Shown one piece after another: positions 11,251 through 22,443 of a DNA stretch of 64,000 bases. The notes under the pieces are model-generated. The model worked only from the letters and a program-made list of their open reading frames with translations. It searched no databases and had not been told where the DNA came from. The DNA is from Nemertoderma westbladi (lineage: Eukaryota > Animalia > Xenacoelomorpha), in assembly GCA_032718475.1 (NCBI GenBank), contig JAUCBJ010009117.1:1-64000 (forward strand). The letters are read 5' to 3'. Within the stretch, counting starts at the first letter, position 1. Every line of letters begins with the position of its first letter. The translations under genes and the position numbers were made by a program.

Positions 11251-12079
11251 GCTACCGGTACAACAGCACAGTATAGGCCCTATAGGAATGTGAAACTAAA
11301 ATTTGACAATAGCTGTTGTACCGGTACCTTGGTTCACTTAAAAAAATGTGAGCTGACATAAAGTTAAACTTTTTTGACGCCGTTGAAACTGACAGAGGAA
11401 AGAAATGTTTCAATTTTTGAATAAAATTAATATATAATACATAGCACAATACACGAACATATACGTTCTACATGTTTAAAGTGTAATGTAATGTCAAGAA
11501 TGTAAAGATAAATGTAATGCTTAAAGGAAAACGTTAGCAAAAGGGTCGATTTAAAATAATAGTAAATTATTACTGTATTATAATCAACATTTAATTTTAA
11601 TTAATTTTATTAATTTTGTGTCGAATTTATTGATATACCAATATATTCGTTCCTAAATATAGAATTCATGTCTTTTAGATGGTGTAATTTTAGGAAAAAA
11701 TTATTATTATTATTTAAAATTTATAATAATAAAGGACTATTATTCGTTAAAAAAGGATAAGCGAAACTCACTGCTTTTTTTCACTGATTTTCAATTTAGC
11801 GAAATTCAACTATTTCTGTCTATAGTGTTTTCCGTTACGTTTTTATATCGAATATATTTATTGTTTTATAAACCCTTCCACTCTGTTTCCCATGTTCCCG
11901 TGGTTCCTATTTATAAACCAGTCACGGATGAAAGCCAAGGTTGGGCTTGGGAGAGGCGAAGAGAGAGAATTATTTAAAGCACTGTTCCCAAACAGTGCAG
12001 TCCCATCTTGGGATCGATCAGGGGATTCCTGATTGGAAGACCAGGTAGTTAAACAAAGCTGCCGATACCGATACCGGTT

Positions 12080-12541
12080 CTATAAATCCCATTCCGTGTG
12101 GAATAGTTGTAATTCCCCCGATTCCAACATCCAGGATCGTTTAGGGTTCCGTTTAACCAGGTCGATACGAACCTTCCCGTCCTCCACCTCGTAATCCGAG
12201 ATCGAATCGTCGCACTCGGGAAGCGACGAGCGATCCTCGGAATCCTCGTGGACGATTTCATCGAGGAATTCGTGGCCGTTGTGTCGCCATCGATGTGAAC
12301 CCAACTCGCCCCACACTCGCAGACTCAAAGACCTATCCGTAAACTCAACGTCGACGGACACACGACCCGCCATGTAGTCGGCTACTCTCAGTCCGCGCAC
12401 CGATATGTACAGTCGGATGCTGCTCGTACCTGTCTCCGGGTTTATTACCAGTTCCGATTCGAACGACTCCGTCAGAACTCGAGCACTTTCAACACTACTA
12501 GCCTCTTCCTCTTCCGGTAACTCGGTATTTCGGTCAGCCAT
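12080..12541 (-). CDS. Small CS (p23/HSP20-like) domain protein, CacyBP/SIP-CS-like, intronless
   Basis: IRLYISVRG...VDVEFTDRSLSLRV...G...FLDEI...VEDGKVRIDLVK..W resembles the CS-domain pattern; GC-rich ORF in AT-rich surroundings. Confidence 0.55.
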   Translation of the reverse strand: MADRNTELPEEEEASSVESARVLTESFESELVINPETGTSSIRLYISVRGLRVADYMAGRVSVDVEFTDRSLSLRVWGELGSHRWRHNGHEFLDEIVHEDSEDRSSLPECDDSISDYEVEDGKVRIDLVKRNPKRSWMLESGELQLFHTEWDL

Positions 12542-13224
12542 GATATACAGATATAGCAGTATAGGCCTATATTAATGTACTAGTACTTTACTGCTGTACT
12601 ACTAATACAATACAATACAGTTTAGCTGCTGGTAGTACAGCTGGTAGTACAGTGATTTATATAGTATATTCAGAATTGTGCAGGCAGACGCGTCGTTAAA
12701 AACAGGTTTGTTCTTTAGTGAATTCAAATTTCCCGCTTTTGTGTGAATGGCATTGTTGAAAAGCAGACCTAATTTAATGATTCCTGGACCACTGTACATA
12801 CCTATATAGTTAAATAAAGGTATTTATTTTATTCTTTAATCCAGGCATACATAGCCCATATAGTACAGTAAAATCACGAAATTAATAGATAATAATATAG
12901 GTAACACAAGGCAATAATTATTTACATAACGGAAAGGAAACAATAAAATATCCGAGCAAGGACAAAAAAAAAGAAAAAAAATAATAAATGTAAATGTTAA
13001 GTATTATTTATACTAAGAGGATGTAAGTACATAATAATATAGAGGGTATAATAGGTATAATTAGGAAGAATAATAGAACAAAGGACAATAACATAACACA
13101 TAACAATATAAGAACTGTAAGTAAATTATTCCCCGCACCGATTTACACCAAATATACGACTCGTTTGAAACGTTTTCAAGGCAACTGACTGTACAAGGCT
13201 GTTCTCTGACGATCTCATACGTCT

Positions 13225-13360
13225 CAACTAAGTACTTGTATTTATTTACAGTTTCTATTGATTTACCATTAATACTGATACCATCTACAATGCTACTTTT
13301 ATATGATTTTGGCGTGTAGGTCATGAAGTTAGATTTCTTAATATTAATAACGATGGAGTG
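13225..13360 (-). pseudogene. Short LINE RT thumb-region fragment
   Basis: INIKKSNFM...ISINGKSIETVNKYKYL resembles the segment after RT domain 7 of CR1/L2-type LINEs. Confidence 0.5.
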
Positions 13361-13587
13361 CCTATAAATCTGCATATAAATTATTAGAAGACCGTTAGGA
13401 TTTCTTACTGTAAAAGTATCACTATCTATGATGTATGTATATATTTTTATGTATATCAGGTGAAATCCTCCAAAGCAATAGCTCGTCCGTCAATGAAAGT
13501 TATATCAATTGACTCAGCTCAACTCCAGGATGTGGAAAAAAGTTTCGAAAAAATTATTAAAGTGTCTTTTGTTTATTTAAAAAAATG

Positions 13588-13840
13588 GAGACAGGGGGGA
13601 AAACTGGACGCAAATCCCATATTGGTGAATTAATATCCGCCTCAATGCTAAATTCTCAATTTAGGGAAGGGAGTAGGTTACAGTGGCACGTTATTTTAAC
13701 CAAAACAATAAACTAAACACAACGGACCAGGATACAGGTTACGGTTTTATTTTTGAGAGTAATCAGCTGTTATTCGCGTCGAATTTCCCCTGGCAAGGGA
13801 TGAATTTTTATTGCGTCAATCCCCCCCCCCCCCCTATCTG
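13588..13840 (+). mobile_element. MITE-like element (about 250 bp); second copy inverted at 33845-34077
   Basis: Imperfect TIRs GAGACAGGGGGG / CCCCCCTATCTG; the internal sequence aligns with the reverse complement of 33845-34077. Confidence 0.65.
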
Positions 13841-13859
13841 ACTTTCTATGAGGTTATTA

Positions 13860-15378
13860 TTATTCTGTTTCGTAGGAAATACAGGAGCTTTATACAAGAC
13901 TGTAATGCATTTACACTTCGACCCTTCTCCAGTGATCACCGCCTTATTGTGGCCAAGGTAAGACGTAGTCTGCGTGCTAGCAGAACAACGAAATATGCTT
14001 TGCCGCGGCATGACTGGTCCTCTCTGTTGCAACAGCCAAGTGTGAGATCCAGCTTCACACTACAGCTGAGCAACAGGTATGAGGTTCTTGCCTCTGAGGC
14101 GGCAGATCACTGCGAGGGCTATACTGCCTTCACAGAAGCAGTTAAGTTAGCAGCTGCAGAAACAGTTCCTGTATTCCCTCGAAACAGGAAACGGGCCCCC
14201 TGGACTGACAACAAAATTCAAAAGTGCCGAAATGACCTCTACAAGGCGCAGAAAGAGTCCCGACTCAAACAGACTACAGCGGCCAAGAATGCAGTTAAGG
14301 CTGCATCTAGGTCCCTGAACAGGCAGTACTCTGTTAATCTACAGGAGCTAATAAACCAACAGGTTGATGCCATCAATGATGCTGACGACAGCAGGCAATC
14401 ATCCCAGGCATGGAAATCGATCAATTTGATTACTGGGCGGAAAAGCCAACCAACCACCAAGGTTAAGGCTGAATCACCAGCCAATCGCCTCAATGGTTGG
14501 AAAGCCCACTTTGAAAAGCTCCTCAATAATGAAATAATGACAGGGTATTGCCTGATAACTTTATAGAAGTAAAAGTGTCTGAGTCTGTACTCCCAGATAT
14601 TCCCATTGGCGATATCTCCTTTGCAGAAGTGAAGGCTGCTGCAAAGAGCATTAAGACCAATCGTGCCAGTGGAGTAGATGATGTTCCCCCCGAGGTCTTT
14701 AAAATACCTGAGTGTTTAAAGCTCATCTATCCCATCATAGTAGACATGTACCGAACAACAAGAGTCCCACAAGAAATGAAAACAAATAAGTTGGTGCCAG
14801 TTCCCAAGAAGGGCAACCTAACACTCTATGGTTCTTTTCGGGGAATCTCATTGATCTCGATTGCTGCAAAGCTATTCAATAGAACTCTATTAAATCGCAA
14901 CAGGGACCCCATTGAGAGACTGCTCCGTGGAAATCAGAATGGGTTCCGTAAAGGTCGTGGGATCATGGAGCCCATTTTGGCACTTAGAAGGATAATTGAA
15001 GAGTTATCAAAAAAGAAAGACAGGCATCTGGCTGTTAATTTTTGATGACTTCTTCAAGGCCTTTGATTCAGTCTCTCGCTCACGTATATTCAGCACACTT
15101 TCATTATATGGGATTCCTGATGAAATTATTGCAGCAATCAGATCAGTATACGATGGTTCGACAACATTTGTGTCTACTGTTGATGGTGACATATTACCAT
15201 TTGAAGTGTTATGGGGCGTCCTCCATGGAGACACACTTGCACCATTATTGTTCATAATGGTGGTTGACTATGTTCTACGCATGTCCTTAGATCATCATAA
15301 TGATGATGGGGTGATGATAACTCCACCTACTGGCTCCAGAAGTCGAGGAAATCCTGCCAAGTACCTAACGGATCTAGA
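13860..15378 (+). pseudogene. RTE-clade LINE, internal fragment (APE end to RT), disrupted and 3'-truncated
   Basis: SDHRLIVAK; VPVPKKGNL..FRGISL; QNGFRKGRG; D..KAFDSVSR; GDTLAPLLF; stops just before FADD; highly similar to 47970-49415. Confidence 0.88.
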
Positions 15379-15699
15379 TCCTAGTAGTAGTATCTGAGAC
15401 ATCAACTGTTGGTTTGTAATGTCATCTGAATATCTCTTCCCAGTGAATCCTATGAGATTATCTATAAGGTTACTCACTGCTGTTTGGTGGTAGACCAGAC
15501 CTGATTGAATTATAAGCACTGGGCCGTTAAAATGTTAGGTTCATAAGGACATTTAGTGGCTGGGATTATTCTCTCCCAGACTGTAAGTAAAGCTGTTCAA
15601 TGTCGAGAGGGACCCAACTATACTACGTTTGTCTATCCTTATGAATATCCTTGTGAATCCTTATATCGGCTTTGTAGTGTTTTTACTTTTTTCCGTTTT

Positions 15700-15895
15700 T
15701 TCTTTCAGATTTTGGGGGTGGGGTGATGGAAAATTAAATATATATATGTGTAGTACATTATGATACTGCTCTCCATAGCGAAAAATATCAACCGACCCTA
15801 TGGGGGCTCGAACCAGGTACCTATGTTTCAAACTTCCAGTGATCATCACCGGGTGTGTGCCCTAATACAACTGAGCCACCAGGACGGATGGAGTG
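15700..15895 (-). repeat. tRNA-like (A/B box) repeat with embedded hammerhead-like core, copy 1
   Basis: Minus strand: TGGCTCAGTTG (A box, 15868-15878) ... TGATGA...GAAACATAGGTA ... GGTTCGAGCCC (B box, 15804-15814). Confidence 0.55.
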
Positions 15896-16124
15896 GAGAG
15901 TTATTCGCATTGGAGTGTGTCACTGTATGAGATTCGCCGTGCGTCACCATTAATTTATAATTAATTAACAGCATAGTCGGCATACGGGGTATCAGTGGTT
16001 TCTACAACACTGATTATATATAGTTATTCCTTGAGGCATGGTTGCCATTATTGGCAGAGCACGGGAATAAAGTTGTTTGTACTTCCCTTTGAGTGACTAT
16101 AAAATGCCACAATGTGATGGCCCA

Positions 16125-16275
16125 CTCCATAGCGAGTAAATCTTCAACCGTCCTGGTAGCGCAGTTATCTTAGGATACCCAGCTGATGATGACCGGAAGT
16201 TTGAAACCTAGGTAACTAGGTATAATGTTATATTATAACATAATATATATTTAATTCGCCGTCACCCCACCCCAC
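16125..16275 (+). repeat. tRNA-like / hammerhead-like repeat, copy 2 (divergent orientation, B box lost)
   Basis: GGTAGCGCAGTT...ATACCCAG-CTGATGA-tgaccggaagttt-GAAA-cctagg-TA-aCTAGGTAT; shares the downstream ATATATATTTAATT...CACCCCACCCC with copy 1. Confidence 0.55.
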
Positions 16276-17060
16276 AACAATTCATTTACATTATATTATT
16301 ATTTGTACTGTCGTAAAACTATAGTAAAATTGTAGCATAAATTTTAAATTGAAAATTCTGTAATCAGCTCAATTCCTGCAATAAGTAACGATATCGTGTC
16401 TGCGTGTATTATTGTTTAGGTTAGAAAATCCCGCCTCTGTAAGCTGCTCCTTTTCCCTGTATCGTCAACAATCGGTTTGTTTTGGTTAGAAAGGGCTGGC
16501 TCTTTAACCTGTTCCTTTCCAGAAATTGGTAGCCAGGTCGTTTATTGTTTTCGTTAAAAAAAACCCGCCTCTGTAAGTTTCCCTCAATCAGGGTTTTTTT
16601 TTCAAAATGTCCGCTGTGAAAAGTTTCTAAACGGCGAGGAAAAATTTAGAAAATCTCTAATTTGTTTAGAAAACCAAAATAATTTGCCCAATGACGAATT
16701 TGAAAGATTAATTTTGAAAAGTAGGCCATGTATTACTTCCTGTATTGCTTTGTTTTCTACTTTATTCAACCATACGGTATTGTAATGGTAAGTCGTAGGT
16801 CGTATATGTCATATAAGTCAAAATAAATTATGGAACACATTGGTTTCAATTCAATGGGAGCGCTTCCAATGGTATGTCATAAGTCGTTTGTTACGACTCA
16901 TGCGTCGAAAGTGATTATGTCCCATGTTCCATCTTTTGACATACGACTCATGAGTTATATCCGGCAAGAGGCCTGTGATTAGTTCTTTGGGTATCAGCAA
17001 GCCAGAAAATATTGTACAGCAATTTATGGTGTTCCATATACGGAAGCCCATATCGGCCAT

Positions 17061-17260
17061 TTCGCGCGCAAACTTCCATGTCAAGCACGCAAACTTTATG
17101 CCATTTCGGTGTAGAAACATTTGCGCGCGCGACATGAAAGTTTGCGCGCACGACATGGAAGTTTGCGCGCGCAACATGAAAGTTTGCGCGCGCAACATGA
17201 AAGTTTGCGCGCGCGACATGGGGAAGGACATACGGCCATGTCGCGCGCAAACTTCATGTC
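17061..17260. repeat. About 21-bp tandem/inverted repeats (ACATGAAAGTTTGCGCGCGC), likely DNA-transposon subterminal repeats
   Basis: About 5 direct copies flanked by inverted copies; explains the spurious ORFs at 16851-17319. Confidence 0.65.
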
Positions 17261-17280
17261 ATTTCCATTTTGAATTTTGT

Positions 17281-17527
17281 CTGGGCGGGAAATTTGAATT
17301 TACATGTCCTACTGTTTGACTGTAATGTGAACCCCTGAACAGGAATAGGTCTGCTATAGCCGTATAGGAGGCCCTCTGCTACTCTCACACTGACTGTAGA
17401 ACTACAACAATTATCTACCTTACACTGCAGCTGTCACAAACTCAATCTGCTGAACTGTATTCCTCCTGCATTACTTACAGCTGAACAGTCAAACAGTAGG
17501 TCACATAAATTCAAATTTCCCGCCCAG
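17281..17527. mobile_element. Small MITE-like inverted-repeat element
   Basis: CTGGGCGGGAAATTTGAATTTA...CCTACTGTTTGACTGT is inverted with ACAGTCAAACAGTAGG...TAAATTCAAATTTCCCGCCCAG. Confidence 0.6.
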
Positions 17528-18009
17528 GAATATTCGCCCATTAATATTCTGCAAGGATGTTACTACGTTACGTTACGGTATCTTTTCAGGAATACCGTAG
17601 CTCAATATTTTTCCGTAACGTAATAACTTTTTAAATACCGTAACGTAATATTACTGTATATTTTTACCGTAAACCGTAACGTAATAGCGTAATATTTGTT
17701 TTATCTACCAAGCAATCATTTTGGACAAAAAAGTAAATCTTTCGATTTAGGTTTTGTTTGTCTGTACACGGTATCCTTATAGCCAGCTTCCTGGCTTCTC
17801 CAGTTATTTATGATAAAGTTTTAATTAATATAATTAATGAATAGATAAATTAAGTTTTAATTAAACATTAAGTTTTAATTAATGTTAAGATAACTAGGGC
17901 TACTCACTGAACTATTTATACTGAGTCTCTGCTCTATCCTAGCTGTAGCCTATAACAATGCAGTATGTTGTAATGGCATAGATCATAGATTTACAGGACA
18001 GGTTAACAG

Positions 18010-19022
18010 CGGTGTGCGGACACTTCCCCCCGGACACTTCCCCCCGGACACTTCCCCCCCGGACAGTTCCCCCCCGTTCAAGTAGGACACTTCCCCCCCG
18101 GACACTTCCCCCCCGGACACTTCCCCCCTCCCCGCTCAAGTAGGACACTTCCCCCCCAGACACTTCCCCCCCCGGACACTTCCCCCCCAGACACTTCCCC
18201 CCCGGACACTTCCCCCCCGACTATTCTTAACTTCGCACATTCTTATTTTTCATTTTGTAAGGTAAACGGACCGCTTGTATCCAGACAAGTTGTATCCAAT
18301 TTTCCCTTCTTAGCTCAGAAAGTGATCTTTTGCATCCCGATTTTACATTTTATATCCAAGTTTTATTTATGGGTTTTATCAATTTAATTACATTGTATTG
18401 TTTGCTAATCTTTAAACAATTAATTAGATGACCTATAAATTCCATCCCCCGAATGATATACTGTTTTTATTAACTATATAGAATTATAATAATTAATTGT
18501 TTTAATTATAGGTATTATTTTGTAATAGTCTTCTTCAAATTGTAGCAGATGGGGATGAATATTATTGATGCAATCAAAATTATATAGGTTTGTATATATA
18601 GGTTTGGGAGCGGCAGCCCCCAACAAAAGAAGCGGGGGTTTGGGAGCGGCAGCCCCCAACAAAAGAAGCGGGGGTTTGGGAGCGGCAGCCCCCAACAAAA
18701 GAAGCGGGGGTTTGGGAGCGGCAGCCCCCAACAAAAGAAGCGGGGGTTTGGGAGCGGCAGCCCCCAACAAAAGAAGCGGGGGTTTGGGAGCGGCAGCCCC
18801 AACAAAAGAAGCGGGGGTTTGGGGGCGGCAGCCCCCAATTAAAAGAAAAACAAACAAAATTTGACTATAAAAATGTTTATTTTATAATTTTGAAAAAACT
18901 TGACTATAGATACAACTTGTCCTGTAACCATCTTTAACTTTTGTTTATTGCTTTGATGTACCCAGATTAATTTTAACACTATAACTGGGGGGGGGGGGGG
19001 GGGGGGGAGTGTCCTAGATCCG
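18010..19022. mobile_element. Non-autonomous TIR element with GGACACTTCCCCCC subterminal arrays
   Basis: CGG...CCG ends; tandem GGACACTTCCCCCC at the left end and GGGGAGTGTCC at the right; flanks TTAACAG / TTAGCAG (imperfect TSD). Confidence 0.6.
18601..18837. repeat. 36-bp minisatellite (about 6.5 copies)
   Basis: Unit GGTTTGGGAGCGGCAGCCCCCAACAAAAGAAGCGGG. Confidence 0.9.
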
Positions 19023-19340
19023 TTAGCAGGTTACATGGTAGGCCTACCTACAGGGCTGCCGCTACCTGTATCTCTTATTATGACAACCTATTACAATACA
19101 AGCCAAGCCGTTCTACCAATTTAAAGTTATTTTTATGTTAAGTTAAATTTGCAATTTCAAAACATTAAAACTATAATTTTCCGATTTTCAGACACAATTA
19201 GGATGAAACTTTAAATATCTCTTTGTGGTCCTATGGGAATCTGAACCTATTGGAATCTGATATCTAACGCAAATCGACGTATAAGAGTTGTCTACCCAGC
19301 CCCCCAATAAACCCCCCAGTTTCAATATAAGGGTTGTCAC

Positions 19341-20103
19341 TAGGGATGGGGCGGAGCTCCGGCTCCAGATTCTCCGGCCTATTTTTTCTACAGTAAAACC
19401 CGGAGATATTTCATTTTCTTCAATGATTCTTAAATATTGTACCGCAAAGTACAACTGGTTTAGTTGACATCCCATAAAGTATATTTTATTGAAAAAATCG
19501 TATTTTTTTTCCTAAAAACTAGAGACTTATTTATTTTTTCTTTCCATTTTTTACCTGTAGAACCTATACTAGTTTTTTTTTACTTGTTTTGATGTAGTAT
19601 TTTGGTTAGGTTTAGTCAGTTAGTTGGTCATAATCTAATAAATTTAGCAGACTTTCTGACATTATTGCATAGCAGCATAGGGCGGAAGGACTGTAAATGG
19701 CCCCAAACCGATTATTACAGCCTGTTACTTAAGTACAGTACTGCAGTACATCAAAACGGTTAGGTCCTTCAGTGGAGTGCACAGCCTGGCTGTTATTGGT
19801 ACTTAATTTCGCAAATCTAACCAAAACATTAAACGAGTTTAGTAAATGAACAGGTTACATGAACGTAGTTGCTGCACGTGCTGTGCACTTGTGTGCAAGT
19901 GCAGTACATGTAGGCCTCCTATGCATACAATAAAAGTTTAAAATTTACGTTTAAACTTGGCCTTTTATACAATATAGGAGGCCTATATTGTATACATACA
20001 TAGTATAATAAAGATTCAAGAAAAAACCCCGGCTCCGGCCGGAGCCACTGCTGCTGATCTCGGCTCCGGGTAACCCTATAATTTTAGCTTCGTCCCATCC
20101 CTA
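19341..20103. mobile_element. Non-autonomous hAT element
   Basis: TIRs TAGGGATGGGGCGGAGCT / AGCTTCGTCCCATCCCTA; 8-bp TSD GTTGTCAC / GTTGCCAC; CCGGCTCC subterminal repeats. Confidence 0.85.
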
Positions 20104-20526
20104 GTTGCCACTCCGTTTCAGTTTAAATTTTCCCTGCCATTTTTCCTGCCATTCGGTATGTATAGTTCATGTTCATATTAGAAACGCCAGGAGGGTATCC
20201 GTAAACGAAACTGGCGTAAACTTTAAATTTGAATTTAAGATTAGACAAAGAGACCTGATCCGGGATCTAACACAGTACTAGGGCATCATAAATCTCGCGC
20301 TTTATCGAGTGAGGTACCAGATACAAATCACCATAACAACAAGAATTGCATTCTCATCTCATTAAGGGTCCTCCTTTCCATAACAACTAACTAACTACCT
20401 CTACAAAGAGGCAGTTTCGCGCTACTAACTATCACAACAACAGACTAAGGACAGGAAAGTTAATTATTACAAACAAATAGAAATACTACAATAATGAAGC
20501 ACAAATTATAAAAAGCATCTCAGAAT

Positions 20527-20590
20527 AGAGACAAATTACAAAGGGGGCGGGGGAATAAGAGTTATAAGGGGGAGGGGAGATGGGAGAGAG
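20527..20590 (-). repeat. CRE-family 3'UTR fragment
   Basis: Reverse complement matches CCCATCTCCCCTCCCCCTTATAACTCTTATTCCCCCGCCCCCTTTGTAATTTGTCTCT at about 6907-6964. Confidence 0.7.
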
Positions 20591-21118
20591 GACAGGAAAG
20601 GTGCGCTTATGTCCTGTATATCCAAATCCCTGACTTTTCACAGATTTGTCAAATTTATACACGAATTCCATCACATTTCCTTGACTATTCCACAGAGTAT
20701 ATATGTTTGTAAACAAACATCTCACTATGTCATCATAATATCAAAAGAATGTTTTAGCTCCAGCTAATAGCTGGTTCACAATGCTGGGGTCATAAACACC
20801 AATATTACACAAACAAAACACCCGCGCTAAAAGTTTTATTAATAAGAGTACTGCACTGAGCACCAGGCGCTGTGGGAGGAACTTGTGAGAGAGAAACTTC
20901 GGTCTGCATATATTATTAATGGTTGTAAAGATGAATTACAGCTTACATGTATGATGAATGAAGTCTTTTGGAATTTACACTCCAAACAAAGATATTATAG
21001 CTTATTGACATTCGTATATAAAATTATGGGAAACTAACAAAGCACGCATACCTGGTGCACGGTGCTGCTATACAGTAACTACACCTATATAGTAAGCATA
21101 ATAAATATAAAATATTAA

Positions 21119-22014
21119 CACCATGTCCCGTAATATAGTGTCATTTTCTGATGACACGGACCCCCCCCCCCCCCCCCCCCCAAATTTTTCTACAAATCTT
21201 TATCATATTGCTTGAAATTTGAAACACAACTAGTTCAACTCACCGTGGTTGTTACCATGAAGCCGGAATTTTCGATTTTCAATTTAATATTTTTTATAGG
21301 CGTTTTAAAAAATGTGTCTTTTGCGAAATCGCACCCTCCGTGTCGTAGCCATTTTTCACATTACTCGTAATTTTTTCATATTATTAAAAAACTTGCGTTG
21401 AAAGGATTCCAAATATGTAACAATATTTGAATTTCGTTGAGAAACAGCTGAGAAATAGGCGTTCAAAGATTGCAAGAATGATCGTTCGCTGCAGGCCATT
21501 TATTCTATTTAATAAATACACCAAATTCTGGAACAATTTGTTTAAGTATGAATAGCTATGCAATATAGATATTGTATAGGCATACCGCTCATAAAATAAA
21601 TAACACGTTCTAGAATTTGGTGTATTTATTAAATAGAATAAATGGCCTGCAGTGAACAATAATTCTTGTAATCTTTGATCGCCTATATCTCAGCTGTTTC
21701 TCAACGAAATTCAGATATTGTTACATATTTTGAATCCTTGCAAGGCAAGCTTTCTATTGATATGAAATTACAACTAATGTGAAGAATGGCAATGATACAG
21801 AGGGTGCGATTTGGCAAAAGACACTTTTTTAAAACGCCTATTAAAAAATTTTAAAGGCGAAATCGAAAATTCCGGCATAATGGGGTCATCGACGGTGAGT
21901 GGTACTAGTTGTGTTTCAAATTTCAAGCAATATGATAAAGATTTGTATAAAAATCTGGGGGGGGGGGGGGGGTCCGTGTCATCAGAAAATGACACTATAT
22001 TACGGGTCATGGTG
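21119..22014. mobile_element. Foldback / long-TIR MITE (about 900 bp, about 400-bp arms)
   Basis: CACCATGTCCCGTAATATAGTGTCATTTTCTGATGACACGGACCCC... is inverted at the right end; the arms pair almost to the centre. Confidence 0.85.
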
Positions 22015-22092
22015 TATAAGTTCAAGGTATCTTATATAATTCCCATTGCAGCTGTGCAGGTTTAAATAAACGTAGGATTTCCAATAACTTAC

Positions 22093-22176
22093 CAAATAAA
22101 ACTAATTTAAGATGTCGGTAGAATTGAATAGCGAATGCTAAATCCTGGGTGTCGTTAATTGTGACCATATCCCCAT
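22093..22176 (-). CDS. TFG: TFG (TRK-fused gene) coding exon 3, PB1 domain C-half
   Basis: tttgtag|AT GGG GAT... encodes (D)GDMVTINDTQDLAFAIQFYRHLKLVLF|gtaagt; compare human TFG [28 protein letters not shown] (from memory); phase matches exon 2. Confidence 0.9.
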
Positions 22177-22301
22177 CTACAAACAACGGTAAAATATAAA
22201 GAGCTGCTAATTATGTAGAAACAGTCCAGCGGCCGTTACCAACCATATATAATGTGTCGGCAGTTACCAACCATATATAATGTATCGGCCTATTTTCTAA
22301 C

Positions 22302-22443
22302 CTTCGTCTGTGTACTTCATACGAACTGCGTCATTCGGTTTTATCTTTCCCCTATAAATTCTCTGCATCATCAACAGAAGCTCGTCGTATGTTATCTCGT
22401 CGTTCTGTATTAGAAGACGTCTAATATCATCACCGAGAGCAAC
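22302..22443 (-). CDS. TFG: TFG coding exon 2, PB1 domain
   Basis: gcacag|[48 protein letters not shown]|gttaga; compare human [47 protein letters not shown]. The first 12 nt lie in the last satellite unit. Confidence 0.92.

Noticed and set aside
15800-15885. Functional tRNA gene
   Set aside because: A and B boxes are present but there is no cloverleaf or anticodon arm; treated as a repeat.
20850-20905. Candidate further TFG exon (TEVSLSQVPPTAPGAQ)
   Set aside because: Wrong phase for joining exon 3, no clear donor and no recognisable homology.
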